A DNA stretch of 51,134 bases. Origin: Chiloscyllium plagiosum (lineage: Eukaryota). A program made the translations under genes and the position numbers. Every line of letters begins with the position of its first letter. The stretch's first letter is position 1. Shown here piece after piece: positions 29,901 to 42,330 of this stretch. The DNA lies in NCBI RefSeq assembly GCF_004010195.1, contig NC_057738.1, forward strand, positions 17,888,359 to 17,939,492, read 5' to 3'. The notes beneath the pieces are model-generated. The model did not search any database, was not told the origin of the DNA, and saw only the letters and a program-made list of their open reading frames with translations.

Positions 29901-30120
29901 CAATAAAACATAAATAACATTTGATTACATTTATGAAATGCTTTTGGTAGTTCAATTGCACCATGTGCATTGTATTTCTTTAGTTTGGATGTTCAATAAC
30001 CTCTAAAGAATTTTGATTAATCAAGTATGCATTTTACAAACCTGTTTTGACTCCTTACCAGCTGATATTAATATTCACAACCTTGATCTATTTGTAGTGC
30101 TTTCCATTATCAGATTAAAC

Positions 30121-30347
30121 ATAGGCAGCTCCCAACTTGCGAAAGGATTCTGTTCTTGAGTCCATTCACAAGTTGTAATGTAAGCAAGTCTGAACATAAT
30201 GCAGGATCATAATAATAATAATTGTTTGTAAGTGCAAAGAAATGTTTGTGTCTGATCCTTAACTATTAGCACACCTCAGTACGGGATTGCTTTCGTAAGT
30301 ATGATTGTTTCTAAGTTTGATATTTGTAAATCGGTGACCCCCCTGTA
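30121..30347. mobile_element. Tigger-like DNA transposon remnant
   Basis: Degenerate TIRs taggcagctcccaacttgcgaa / tttgtaaatcggtgacccccctgta with TA ends. Confidence 0.5.
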
Positions 30348-30560
30348 AACCGAACACACCTGGCCATGTCTGGATCTTAGTCTTCTGATAATTCTGTTAT
30401 TGTTGTATCATTTAATTGTCATAGTTGTAGAAAACAAATCACGTAGATATTAAATCAACACTAACATTGTTCTGATGGAAAATCAGATACTTACCAGTTA
30501 TTTAATGTAATACATAATATTTCTTCAATACTTGAAAAACTTTATTTTCATGATTTGTAG

Positions 30561-30718
30561 ATGCCGGTGTTGGACTGGGGTGTACAAAGTTTAAAAATCA
30601 CGCAACACCAGATTATAGTCCAACAGGTTTAATTGGAAATACTAGCTTTCGGAGCGCTGCTTCCTAGTGCTTCCAAATAACCTGTTGGACTATAACCTGG
30701 TGTGTGATTTTTAACTTT
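30561..30718. mobile_element. Penelope-derived inverted-repeat element
   Basis: Same family as 517..690. Confidence 0.75.
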
Positions 30719-31129
30719 TTATTTTTGTTTTTCTCTGAACTAATTAGCAATAAAATATTAGACAAGAAGTACACCAATGGGCAGTATTTTAGGATCAAGT
30801 TATTTCTTTCATAAATTCTTTAGTCAATTCTTTTGAGTGGTGCATATCACTGAAGGGCACTCCAATGCACGCTAGATGTTGGGAGGCTATGTTTCTGAGA
30901 ATTTTGCTTTGCAACAAATCATTATGGTTATTCTTGAGAAACTTTTCAGCTGTGGCTCATGCCAGTGCTCACCTGATTTAGTTCAGCAATTAAGTTCCCA
31001 CTCAAGTAATACGAACATAAATCTTGGATGACACTGCAGCATGGTGTGCGCTTCATTGTTGAAAATACGTTCTCTCAGGTAATATGTTAACATGAAGTTC
31101 TCAGATAGGTGTTTTTTTTTAAAAAAAAA

Positions 31130-31566
31130 ACATGTCAAAAGATTTACAAGGATTTTGCCAGGGTTGGAGGGTTTGAACTTCAGGGAGAGGTTGAATATTT
31201 ACCTGGAACATTGGCTGAGGTGTAATCTTAGAGGTTTATAAAAGTATGAGGAGCATGGATAGGATAAATAAACAAGGTCTTTTCCTGGGGAGTCCAAAAC
31301 TGGAGGGCATCGGTTTAAGGTGAGAGGGGACAGATTTAAAAGGGACCTAAGGGGCAACTGTTTCACGCAGAGGGTGGCGTGGAATGAGCTGCCAGTAGTA
31401 GTAGTAGTGGAAGCTGATATAATTGCAACATTTAAAAGGCATCTGGATGGGTATATGAATTGGAGGGATATGGGCCAAATATTGGCAAATGGGCTTAAAT
31501 TGATTTACGTTGGCATGGACAAGTTGTACCTAAGGGTCTGATTCTGTACTGTACATTTCTATGACT
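31130..31566 (+). mobile_element. CR1 LINE 3' end
   Basis: ORF 31320..31541 RGDRFKRDLRGNCFTQRV.WNELP...FKRHLDGYM. Confidence 0.9.
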
Positions 31567-32330
31567 ATTTGAAAAATAACAGGATAATTCTCCTAATTTC
31601 CTGACCCATGTCTCTAATCTGGATTATTTGGTAAATTATCTTATTGGTATTTATGGAAGCCAGCTATGTAAAAATAAATTGCTGTATTTGCCTACAACTT
31701 TGATTAGCACTTCAAAGGAACTTTGGGATATTCTGAGGCTATGGAAATTGCTAGTGAATGTTAATTAATTACTGCACATTTTTGTTTTCCTTCTTAACTT
31801 GCAATTAACTTGATCACGCAATTTTGAAATCTTCTGGGAAGTACATGGTCCAGATTTTGCAGCTTCTAAAGAGTCCTCACGGGCAGAATAACAGTTTACT
31901 TTCACTATTTTATGTTTCTCTGTAGGGTGCACTGGTAAGAATGTTCCACTCTGCAAACATTTAGGAATTGCTGAAGCATTGAAAGCTTCCTTTAGGTGCT
32001 GTTGGTCTCATTGTGCAATACCTTGAAAAGTTAGACCTTGTTAAACAAATTGTAAGTTTGAATTGTAAACTAAGTGCACGATTACTGTCGAACATCCTCA
32101 CTGACCATGCGAACGTATATTTGTACTGAGGGATGTGAAATTTTTAGAGGGAGAAACTTGACGTTCCTCAATACACGTACTTTGTTGGTAATACCACACA
32201 GTTTACTATAGTTAAGCTTCTACCTTACGCACGTTGGTAAGGAGAGGGAGGGGAGCAGGGGCTGGATAGTAGTGAAGGGAGGAGCGGACAGGTGGGAAGG
32301 AAGATTGACAGGTGGGACAGGTCATGAAGA

Positions 32331-32540
32331 NNNNNNNNNNNNNNNNNNNNNNNNNNNNNNNNNNNNNNNNNNNNNNNNNNNNNNNNNNNNNNNNNNNNNN
32401 NNNNNNNNNNNNNNNNNNNNNNNNNNNNNNNNNNNNNNNNNNNNNNNNNNNNNNNNNNNNNNNNNNNNNNNNNNNNNNNNNNNNNNNNNNNNNNNNNNNN
32501 NNNNNNNNNNNNNNNNNNNNNNNNNNNNNNNNNNNNNNNN
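32331..32540. other. Assembly gap (210 N)
   Basis: Run of N. Confidence 1.
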
Positions 32541-32725
32541 GCTGGATCGTGGTGAAGGGGGGGAGCAGTGAGGGGTTGGGGGAGGGGGAGGCGCGGTGAG
32601 CAAGATCGCCGGAAGAGAGCGCGTCCCCGTCTCCATGGAGACGCAGCGTTTGAATTCTACACCGAGGAGCTCGAGACCAACTGCCACCGAGAGAGTGTGA
32701 GGGAGGCTATAGGGTCAACACAACG
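32541..32725. promoter_or_regulatory. Second CpG-rich promoter-like region with RFX X-box and ETS site
   Basis: CpG cluster; CCGGAAG 32609..32615; perfect palindrome CGTCTCCATGGAGACG 32628..32643; G-rich upstream; donor ACG|gtaagg at 32726. Confidence 0.7.
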
Positions 32726-33820
32726 GTAAGGAATATATACTGTGGCGATCAACTCAGTTCACAACGGTAAGGAATATATACTGTGGCGATCAACTCAGTT
32801 CACAACTATAAGGAATATAGAGTACTGTATACCGTGGCGACAAACACGGTGCCCAGCGGTAAGGCATATAAAGGATAGGGATCAAGTACAGTTCACAGCG
32901 GTAGGGAATATGTACCATAATGATAGTGGGGAATATACTGTATACTATAGTGACCAAGACAGTTAACAAGGGGAAGGAATATATACCACGGCGATCAACA
33001 CGGTCCTGCATGGAAAGGAATCTACACCATAGTTATCAAATACAGTGGTAAGGAATATACAGTATACCATACCGATCAAATACAGTGTACAACGGTAAGG
33101 AATATGTATCAAAACAATCAGTTTACAATGGTAACGAATATATACTATAGCAATCAATACAATTCACAACCATAACAAATATATTCCTTAGCGATTAATA
33201 CAGTTCATAACAAAAAGGAATTTATACCTTGGTGACAAACACAGTGCCCAACAGTCAGGAATATATAACATTGCGATCTAATACAGCATATAATTGGAAG
33301 GAATATCTAATATAGTAATTAATACAGTTCACAGTGGTCAAATACAGTGTTCAATGGTAAGGAATATATATCACAACGATCAGCACAGTTCACAACGGCA
33401 AGTGATATATACTATAGTGATCAATACAGTTCACAAAAGTAAGGAATATCTACCACAGTGATCAATACAGTTCATAATGGTAAGGAATATATATTGTGGT
33501 GACCAATATGATAAGGAATATAAACCATGGTGATCCAATACAGTTCATAGCAGTAAAGAATGCATACAAGCACAATCAAATACAGTGCACAACAGTAAGG
33601 AATATATACCACAGCGATCAATACAATTCCCAACAGTAAGCCTAATGGTAAGAAATATAGACTATTGAAATGAAGTTTAAATCGCAACAGTAAGGAATAT
33701 TTCACAATCAATACATGACAATAATATGGATGATAGTATGAAGTACACTTGCAGATAATAATGAATATATACTCATAGGGATAAATGCATTCATACAATA
33801 AGGAATTCACACCATACCAA
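32716..33820 (+). repeat. Degenerate 41-bp minisatellite (unit ~acaacggtaaggaatatatactgtggcgatcaatacagttc), decaying into ~20-bp periodic AT-rich DNA to ~34500
   Basis: First two units are identical (32720..32801); roughly 25 progressively diverged units follow. Confidence 0.9.
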
Positions 33821-35187
33821 TGAACATATTTACAGGTAGGATGGAATATATGTCATAGCAATTTATATACTAAATGACAGATGGAGACCTCACAGTAAGA
33901 AAGAGGTTGATAAACTTATATAATGCTAAGAAATAAGTAGAATAACAATAATTAAATTATAAATTTTTACTAAACCCATACAACAGGAATGAATGAACTT
34001 ATATAATGGTCAAAAATATATACTTGAAGAAAACAACATGCAATTGTAATAAATCTACAATAACAATAAATAAACAACTAAAGGTAAGGAACCTATACAA
34101 AAAACCTTATGCAATGGTGCAATATCTATACAAGGAAGACAAATACATGTATAATGATGAAAACCTATACATTAGATATGACTGAGTGTCTGCAGTACTG
34201 AACAATATGTATAATAACTAATAATTAGTCACTATGTACAATAATAACAAATCCTCACAGTAGCGACATATATAAACATATACAAATTAAAAGGTATACA
34301 ACAATGATAAAACAAACATGCAATGCAGCAAAATCTATACAAATAGAGGAGTGTCTATGAGAAATTTCTGCAAAACCATTCAGTGAAAACAAATTGATGA
34401 CAAATGTAATTGAGAAGGCTATGCATACACATAAGTATAATTCACCAATAAACATTTGCAATAGGCAATGATGAAATTATATAAAATTATAATTACACCT
34501 ATAAACAAATATAAAGGTGGAAATGAATAAAAGCTAACAAAGAAAATGGTTTGAAATTAATGCAAAATTCTCATTTTAAAGTACATTTATACAGTAATAA
34601 ATAACAAACATATATAGCATACACCAATCAGTAATCAAGTGATGAGTTAATTGGTTCATGATTTCAAAAAGTGTACTTTTTGGAAGAAAGGATTAACTGA
34701 GAAACAACAGGAAAAAGTGACAGAGCTAATATAATAATGTAAGTAATCAAAGTAGGATAAGGGAACTAAAGTTAGCTAAGGGCTGTAAGTTTATAAGATT
34801 CTTATAGAGTTTTTTTTTCAAGAAGTTTGTAACCTAAAGGGTTCAAGGGAAGTTATGGTAGTAGAATTCACAGCTGTGATATGCTCTTTCTTCACTGTGT
34901 GGCAGATCATGGAAGCTTCAGTTGTCCATGATGACTATGCGTGCCTGAATTTTGTCCAACAAAGGATACTGGCTAACCACATCTTGGAGAATTCATTGTA
35001 GAGCATCCATGATACTGGACATATTGTGGATAGCACTTTCAGTGAGTTGGCTCTCATCACAGGTGAAGACTGAACAGGAAGAAGGGACATGGGTGAACCC
35101 CAAGCAGAGTAGAGAACGGAGGTCATGCACGGGCCCTCTGTGGTCATCTTCTTTTGACTAGATATACCATTTTGCGTAATGTTGGAG

Positions 35188-36134
35188 GAGATGGTGGTGG
35201 TTCCCACCCTCCTATATGGCTCTGAGACAATGACTGTCCACAGCAAGGCACTGAAGCAGTACCAACAGCGCTGTCTGCATAAGACCCTGCAAATCTGGGA
35301 AGAGAGATGCACCAACACCAGCGTCCATGACCAGGCCAACATCCCCAGCATCGAGGCACTGACCATCCTTGAGCGGCTACAATGGGCTGGACATAGTGTC
35401 CACATGACTGACACTAGACTCCACAAGCAGGTGCTCTACTTCCTGCTCTGGAACAGCAGGCAAACCCCAGATAGACAAAGGAAGTGCTTCAGTGATACCC
35501 TTAAGGCCTCACAGGTGAAATGTGCATTCCATACACACCTAGAATTAGATTACTTACAGTGTGGAAACAGGCCCTTCGGCCCAACAAGTCCACACCGCCC
35601 CACCGAAGTGCAACCCACCCATACCCCTACATCTACCCCTTACCTAACACTACGGGCAATTTCGCATGGCCAATTCACCTGACCTGCACATCTTTGGACT
35701 GTGGGAGGAAACCGGAGCACCCGGAGGAAACCCACGCAGACACGGGGAGAACGTGCAAACTCCACACAGTCAGTCGCCTCAGGCGGGAATTGAACCTGGG
35801 TCTCTGGCGCTGTGAGGCAGCAGTGCTAACCACTGTGCCACCGTGCCGCCCACAACTGTGCCACAATCACTGGTTCAAGACATTTCAAATTGGAGGAGGG
35901 GCATTCGGTAAGGTGTTGAGTTCCTCAAGATTTGCTGTTGAGAAAAGGCGGAAGACAGGCAAAGGTAGTGTCGGGGGGAGGGTGCTGCCACACCAATGCC
36001 CCATCCACATCTTCCTGTGAATGCCTTCTGCCCTAAGTGTATCAGAGCTGCATCAGTGTGTGTAGCCACCTACAGACTCACCCTGAGAGTGGAAAAGAGA
36101 CATCCTCACCTGTGAGGGACCACCAATGATGATG
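35188..36134 (+). mobile_element. RTE-clade LINE 3' fragment nested in CR1
   Basis: VVVPTLLYGSET...YQQRCLHKTLQI.WEERCTNTSVHDQANIPSIEAL...LQWAGHSVHMTDTRLHKQVLY...RQRKCFSDTLKAS; (atg)n tail at ~36126..36134. Confidence 0.88.
35540..35850 (-). mobile_element. Young V-SINE (HE1-like) nested in RTE
   Basis: Full head gggcggcacggtggcacagtggttagc, CpGs retained. Confidence 0.9.
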
Positions 36135-37359
36135 GAGACGATGACTGTGCAGAACAAAGCTTGGGAGCCAATTTCATGATGCCATGTGGCGTCTGCAGCA
36201 CAAGAGAGGAGGAAGAAAAACTGCAGGGCTGTAATGGTAGAGGATTCAGTTGTTAAGAAGATAGATAGACTTTGCTTTGGCTGAAAAGAGAGTCCAGGAT
36301 GATATATTGCCTCCCTATTGTCAGCGATCAGAGATATCATGAAACAGCTGTAGGACATTCTGAAGGGGGAAGGAAAACAAGTTGGTACCAATGACATAGG
36401 TAGAAAAAGGAATGAAGTCCTGACAATAGAATTTAGGGTCTAGAAAGTAGATCTTTTAAAATGCCCTAAAAGATAGAAATCTCTGGATTACTTCCAATGC
36501 CATGAGCTGGTAAATATAGAAATTGGAGGTTAGAACAAATAAATGTGTAACTGGAGAGATGGTGCAAAAGGGAAGGCTTTAGATTTATGGGACATGGGAC
36601 CATTTTTGGGGAGAGTGGGAACAATACAAAGAAAATACAAGGTGAATGGATTGCATCTAAATTGGAATGGAACCAATCTCCTGACAGGAAGTTTTGCTAG
36701 TACTATCAGGAATGGTTTAAATTAACTTGGCAGGGGGTGGGATCCTGAGAGAATGTCCAGATGCATGGTCAAAATTAGAAGAGATGGTAAGTGAGTCAAG
36801 AAGGCATAGTAATTAAATGTCAGTTAAGGTACAAGGAGTTTGGCAAGATTGGGTGGTATTTACTTTAATGCAAGGAGTCTGATAAACAAGGTCATTGAGT
36901 TGAGGGCACAAGGAGATATGATGACATTGCTGTCATTGAAACATGGTTAAGAGAGAGGCACAGGATGGGCAGATCAATATATCAGAATATTCTTCAGGCA
37001 AGATGAGAAAGTAAGTAAAAGCGGAGTGGTGTTGCAGATTACTCAAGGAATCAATTACAACAGGAAGGAGGAATGACACCTTAGAAGATTCCTCAAATGA
37101 AGCCATATAGGTAAAACTTATAAACCAAAAAAAGGCAATCACAATTGCTGACAGTATACAGCAAGCCCCCTAATATTCATAGAAAAATAGAAGAGCAGGT
37201 ATGTCGGCAAATTTCATAGTAGTGTAGAAGCAATAGGGTAGTGAGAGCTGGAGATCTCAACATTAACTGGGATAGTCAGAGTATGAGAGGTTTAGAGAGA
37301 GTGAAATTCTTAAAACACATCCAGGACAGTGTTTTTAAGGCAGTGCATAGAAGGCCCAA

Positions 37360-37678
37360 CACGGTGGCACAGTGGTTAGCACTGCTGCCTCACAGCGCCA
37401 GAGACCCGGGTTCAATTCCCGCCTCAGGCGACTCTCTGTGTGGAGTTTGCACATTCTCCCCGTGTCTGCGTGGGTTTCCTCCGGGTCCTCCGGTTTCCTC
37501 CCACAATCCAAAAATGTGCAGGTTAGGTGAGAATTGGCCATGCTAAATTGCCCGTAGTGTTAGGTGAAGGGGTAAATGTAGGAGAATGGGTCTGGGTGGG
37601 TTACGCTTCGGCGGGTCGGTGTGGACTTGTTGGGCCGAAGGGCCTGTTTCCACACTGTAAGTAATCTAATCTAATCTA
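37360..37678 (+). mobile_element. Young V-SINE (HE1-like) nested in CR1
   Basis: A/B boxes, V-domain, (taatc)n tail. Confidence 0.9.
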
Positions 37679-38863
37679 AAAAGAAGGGTGGTCCTGGACT
37701 TGATTTCAGATAATTAAGCCAGGCAAGTGTTTAAAATTCAATGAGGTTGTACTTTACATACAGTATTCATAATGCTGTTAGATTCAAGATAGTTATGGAA
37801 AATGACAAGGATAGGCATGAAATTGAAGTTGAGAGTATGTTGCTGGAAAAGCACAGCAGGTCAGGCAGCACCCGAGGAACAGGAAAATCGACGTTTTGGG
37901 CTGGAGCCCTTCAAAAATCTTCCAACATCTAGATGACTATGGAATGTGCAAGGGCATCTCTTAACAAAGAAATTAGGACAGGAAAAAGGAGTCATGATAG
38001 GATAAATGCAGGTAAAGCAGGTAAACTCTTAACTATTTTACAATTACATAAAGGGTAAAAAGAATAACTTGCAAAAGAGTAGGACTCATTAAGGACCATA
38101 GTGGTAACTTGTCCATGGTGTCAGAGGTTGTAGGCGGTTTTCTAAATGAATACTTTGTGTCGGTGTGCACTAGTGAGAGGAATAAAATGGATATAGAAAT
38201 CAAGGAGAAGGACTGTGATGTATTCAAAGAAATTAGCATAGACAGAGAGGAGGATCTAAGTGGTCTGGCAGGCTTAAAAGTAGATAAATCTCCAGGCCAG
38301 ATGGAATTTATACTATGCTGTTGAGACAAGGGAAGAAATAATATGGGTGTTGTCAATAATTTTCAATTAATCTCTGGCCAAAGGAGAACTGTCAGAGGAC
38401 TGGAGGACAGCCAATATGGTACTGTTATTCAAGTAGGGAGGAAGAGATAAATAGGGAAACTACAGGCCAAACTACAGTCTAATCTCAATGATGAGGAAAA
38501 GTTTAGAAGCAATTCTGCCTGACAGAATTAACCTGCAACTGGAGAAGCAGATATTAAAATCAGAATGGTTATGTTAAGGCAAGGTCATGTTTGAACAACT
38601 TGATTGAACATATTGAAGAGGTGACTAGGTACATATATGAGTGCAATGCAATTGACATAGTCTAATTTGATTTTAGCAAAGCTTTTGATAAGGTCCCACA
38701 CGGGACACTGATAGTGAAGCAAAGAGCCAATGTGATTGAATGAAATTTGTCTAATTGGTTTCAGAATTGACTGAGTGGCAAGAAGTAAAGGTGATTGTCG
38801 AGAGGTATTTTTGTGACTGGAAGCCTGTGTTCAGTGGGGTTTTGCAGGGACAGGTGTTGGAGC

Positions 38864-39393
38864 TGTCAATGTTTTCTACCGACCCAAAACAAGGCTCAGA
38901 CAAATGACCTCTTTGTCCAAAATCAATGTTTTATTAGAAAACATGCATGAGGAGAGAACCTAAACACATAGATGGTATCTCCAACACTTTATTTGAAATA
39001 CAGTCTGTTTATAACATAGTCATGGAAAGCCTTTAGGTGACTTATTCATTTTAGTAGCAAGCACAGTTACGATAATGAGCCAGACTGATAGGATTGAATG
39101 AAACTACAGTTTTATAGCCGGTACAGATCACAGTTAGTTCAGTCACAGAAGCTGTCTGTTCTTTCCCAGGGATTCTGGCCAATAGGTCTATATTCGCTAA
39201 GATTCATGGATTATGACCAAAATGTTTTCTGCTTTGTAATGGTTACTGTTTTATGTTTTTAAGTAAAACATCTTTGTTGTTAGTATTAATAAATTTTAAT
39301 CCTTAAGCCACTTTATCCTTTATGTTACTAAATTTTAATCATTAACATATTCTATCCTTCATGCTGGCTTACAAAACAATTTATTCTTCTACA
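38864..39393 (-). mobile_element. Probable solo LTR inserted in the CR1 RT region
   Basis: 530-bp block with TG...CA ends splitting the CR1 frame (gtgttggagc | aagccttgct); imperfect 4-bp duplication gagc/aagc; AATAAA on the minus strand near 38930. Confidence 0.55.
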
Positions 39394-39624
39394 AAGCCTT
39401 GCTATTTGTGGTATAGAAATATAATAATTGAATATTGGATCAGTAAATTTTCAGATTTTATGAAAATTGTTGGGGCGCTAAAAACTGAGAGCAATAACCT
39501 CAGATTACAGGAGGATATAGACAGGTCAGATGGGCTATTCAGTGACAAAGGGAATTCAGTCTGGATAAGTGCGGGATGATGCATTTGGGCAGGACAGGTA
39601 AGGCAAGGAAATACGTGATAAACA

Positions 39625-40585
39625 GTAGCAAGACCAAGAAGATGCTACAACAATGGATGAATGGACACTACTCAACAATCGCCACATAGAGGTGTTCACT
39701 TCAATGGTCAAGGACATTTGGCCTCAGATCTTTGTGTGACCATCTTCCAAGGCGGACTTCAGGCTATGCAACAACGCAGAGTCACCGAGCAGAGGCTGCT
39801 AGCCAAGTTCAGTACCCATGAGGATAGCCTCAACCAGGATCTTGGGTTCAGGTGACCCCACTACAGTATACACTCTCACACACAAATTCAGAAAAAAAGG
39901 ATACATACACACACACCCTTACACACGATCACACTCACACAGACCCTCATACACACAGTCTGTCAGTCATACACATACACACACACTCTCTCACAGGCAT
40001 ATACTCTGTCACACCCATGCACACACTCCATCAAGCATGTACACACGCATGCGTGTGCACACACACACACACTCTCACGCATGCACGCACGTATAAATCT
40101 GTGGGGTGAATCTGTATTTGCAGATTCATTCTATTTTATTCAAAAAGTACACTATCTGTCAGTCGTCAGTTCATGTGATATTTTATAAAAATTCCTACTT
40201 TGGAAATAAAACCAGTCTGACTCTAGGCTGGGATACAGATAGATTCTAACCTCACACCTTTAATGCATTGTCTGAACTGAGATGTCACCTTTTTGTTTAT
40301 AAAAACTTAAGTTATCTTTGAACTGTGACTTGAAAGAAGTTCTGGGATTTACATATTAATTAATCAAAACCTGCAATCATAATCACATTCAAAGTGATTA
40401 AAGACTTAACAGCAGTCTAGGTTTGTTCAATACATCGCATCAGTAGCATGGCACTTTGATCTTTTACTATAAATTCTGTGATCCTACCCCACTAGCTAAC
40501 TGACGAAGGAGCAGCACTCAGAAAGCTTGTACTTCCAAATAAACCTGTTGGACTATAACCTGGTGTCGTCTGGTTTTTAACTTTG
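39625..40585 (+). mobile_element. Penelope-like element 3' end: GIY-YIG tail, (CA)-rich tract, terminal repeat
   Basis: HFNGQGHLASDLCVTIFQGGLQ...QRRVTEQRLLAKFSTHEDSLNQDLGF; degenerate CA tract ~39865..40090. Confidence 0.85.
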
Positions 40586-41849
40586 TAAATAGAGGCATTT
40601 AATATTACACCAATAATTTAAGACTAAACTTTCACAAATTTCTGGTTTGATTTCAGGTAATGGTGTTTTGATTCAATATATTACCTGAAATGGTGGTGAA
40701 ATTAGATTCCATAGGCGATTGGACATTCAATTGAACAGAACTGATTTGCACTATTATGAGGCAAACAATGGGGTGTGAAGATAAATTGGATGGTCCTTTT
40801 GAAAACCTAGTGTAGGCAGAATGGGTTGAATGATCTCCTGTACTATAAGACACTATATGCTTATGTGCAATATAAAGAAATAGAGTTATGCAATGTTAAG
40901 AAATCTGTACATCTGACAACTTAGTGTCTACCTGGTGACGCTGCATTCAAGACTACTTGCATGGTAAGTAATGTAAGCAGCACAAATCAGGAAGAGTTAA
41001 ACAATCCCTCAACAACCAATCAGATCTAAAATCTACAGTCCTGCCACATCCAGTCCCAAATGGTGTTTGAAAACTAAATTGGAGAAGGCTTCATAAGTAT
41101 CTGCATCCTCAATGCTGAGGAGCCCAGCACATAATGCAAAAGACAAGATTGAAGCATCCACCTTTAGCCAAAAATACCAACTGAATGATCTATTTCAGTC
41201 TCCTTATGAAGGCCCCCAGCATTACAGATGCCAACCTTTATCCAAGTTGATTCACTCCACATGATATAAAGAAATGGGGGAAAGCATAGAACATAGAACC
41301 TTACAGCGCAGTACGGGCCTTTCGGCCCTCGATGTTGTGCCGCCTGTCATACTAATCTGAAGCCCATCCCACCTACACTATTCCATGTACGTCCATATGC
41401 CTGTCCAATGACAACTTAAATACACTTAAACTTGGCGAATCTACTACCGTTGCAGGCAAAGCATTCCATACCCTTACTACTCTCTGAGTAAAGAATACTG
41501 CAAATATTCTGGGCTCTAACAATATTCTGGTAATAGCCCTAAAAACATGCTCCAGACGCACTGTGTTACTACCAAAGCTGTGCCCAAACAATTACAACAT
41601 TGGCATCTACACAGTAATGTGGAAGTCCATGAAAAGCAGGACAAAGCCAACATGGCCAATTGAAGTCCATCAATCTCACGCAATGTCAGGAAAAGTAATG
41701 GAAGGTGTCAGCAATAAAGCTATAAAGGAACACTTAATCAACAATGATCACTTGCCCACTGATGCTCAATTTGGGTCCCACCAAGTAAATCCAGCAGATC
41801 TCAACATAACCTTAGTCCAAAATGGATAAGAACTTATCAAGGCAATGAA

Positions 41850-42330
41850 AAAGATGCTCCTCAGGTCCTTTTCAAATCTTTCCTCTCTCACCTTAAACAT
41901 ATGTCCCCTATCCTGGGGAAAAGACCTTGTCTATTCACCTTATCTATACCTCTCATAATTTTGTAAACCTCTATAAGTTCACTCCTCGGCCTCCTAAGCT
42001 CCAATAAGAAGAGGCCCAGTTTATCCTGCCTCTCCTTATAACTCAAACTTTCCAGTCATAGTAACATCCTTGTAAATCTTTTTTGCGCCCTTTCCAGTTT
42101 AATAACATCCTTCCTTTAGCAGTGCCACCAGAATTGGACACTGCTAAATTGGACTTCAAATGTGGCCTTATCAATGTCTTGTACAACTGTAATGTGTCAT
42201 CCCAGCTCCTGTACTCAATGCTCTGATGAAGATAAGCGCCAAATGCCTTCTTCATCACCCAGTCTACCTGTGATGTAATTTTCAAGAAATTGTGTATCTG
42301 CACCCCGAGGTCTCTTTGTTCAATATGACT
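41850..42330 (-). mobile_element. CR1 LINE ORF2 fragment
   Basis: EQRDLGVQIHNFLK...QVDWVMKKA...IEYRSWDDTLQLYKTLIRPHL. Confidence 0.88.

Larger units (their letters stand above)
34770..40860 (+). mobile_element. Near full-length decayed CR1 LINE (ORF1 Cys-rich and SGNH esterase; ORF2 endonuclease and RT) interrupted by nested insertions
   Basis: Relics VHDDYAC (~34920), VGTNDIG (~36380), GLHLNWNG (~36650), YFNARSL (~36860), ETWL, GDLN, DFSKAFDKVPH (~38670). Confidence 0.85.

Noticed and set aside
32635-32700. ATG inside the X-box as a coding start
   Set aside because: The plus frame stops after 21 codons; the ATG is an inherent part of the palindrome.
32716-33820. 41-bp array as a CRISPR array
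   Set aside because: Units are contiguous and diverge along their whole length, there are no unique spacers or cas genes, and the DNA is vertebrate.
37360-37425. tRNA genes at SINE heads (also ~35780..35850, ~12689..12750, ~7380..7445)
   Set aside because: A/B boxes run straight into V-SINE bodies and tails; no complete cloverleaf.
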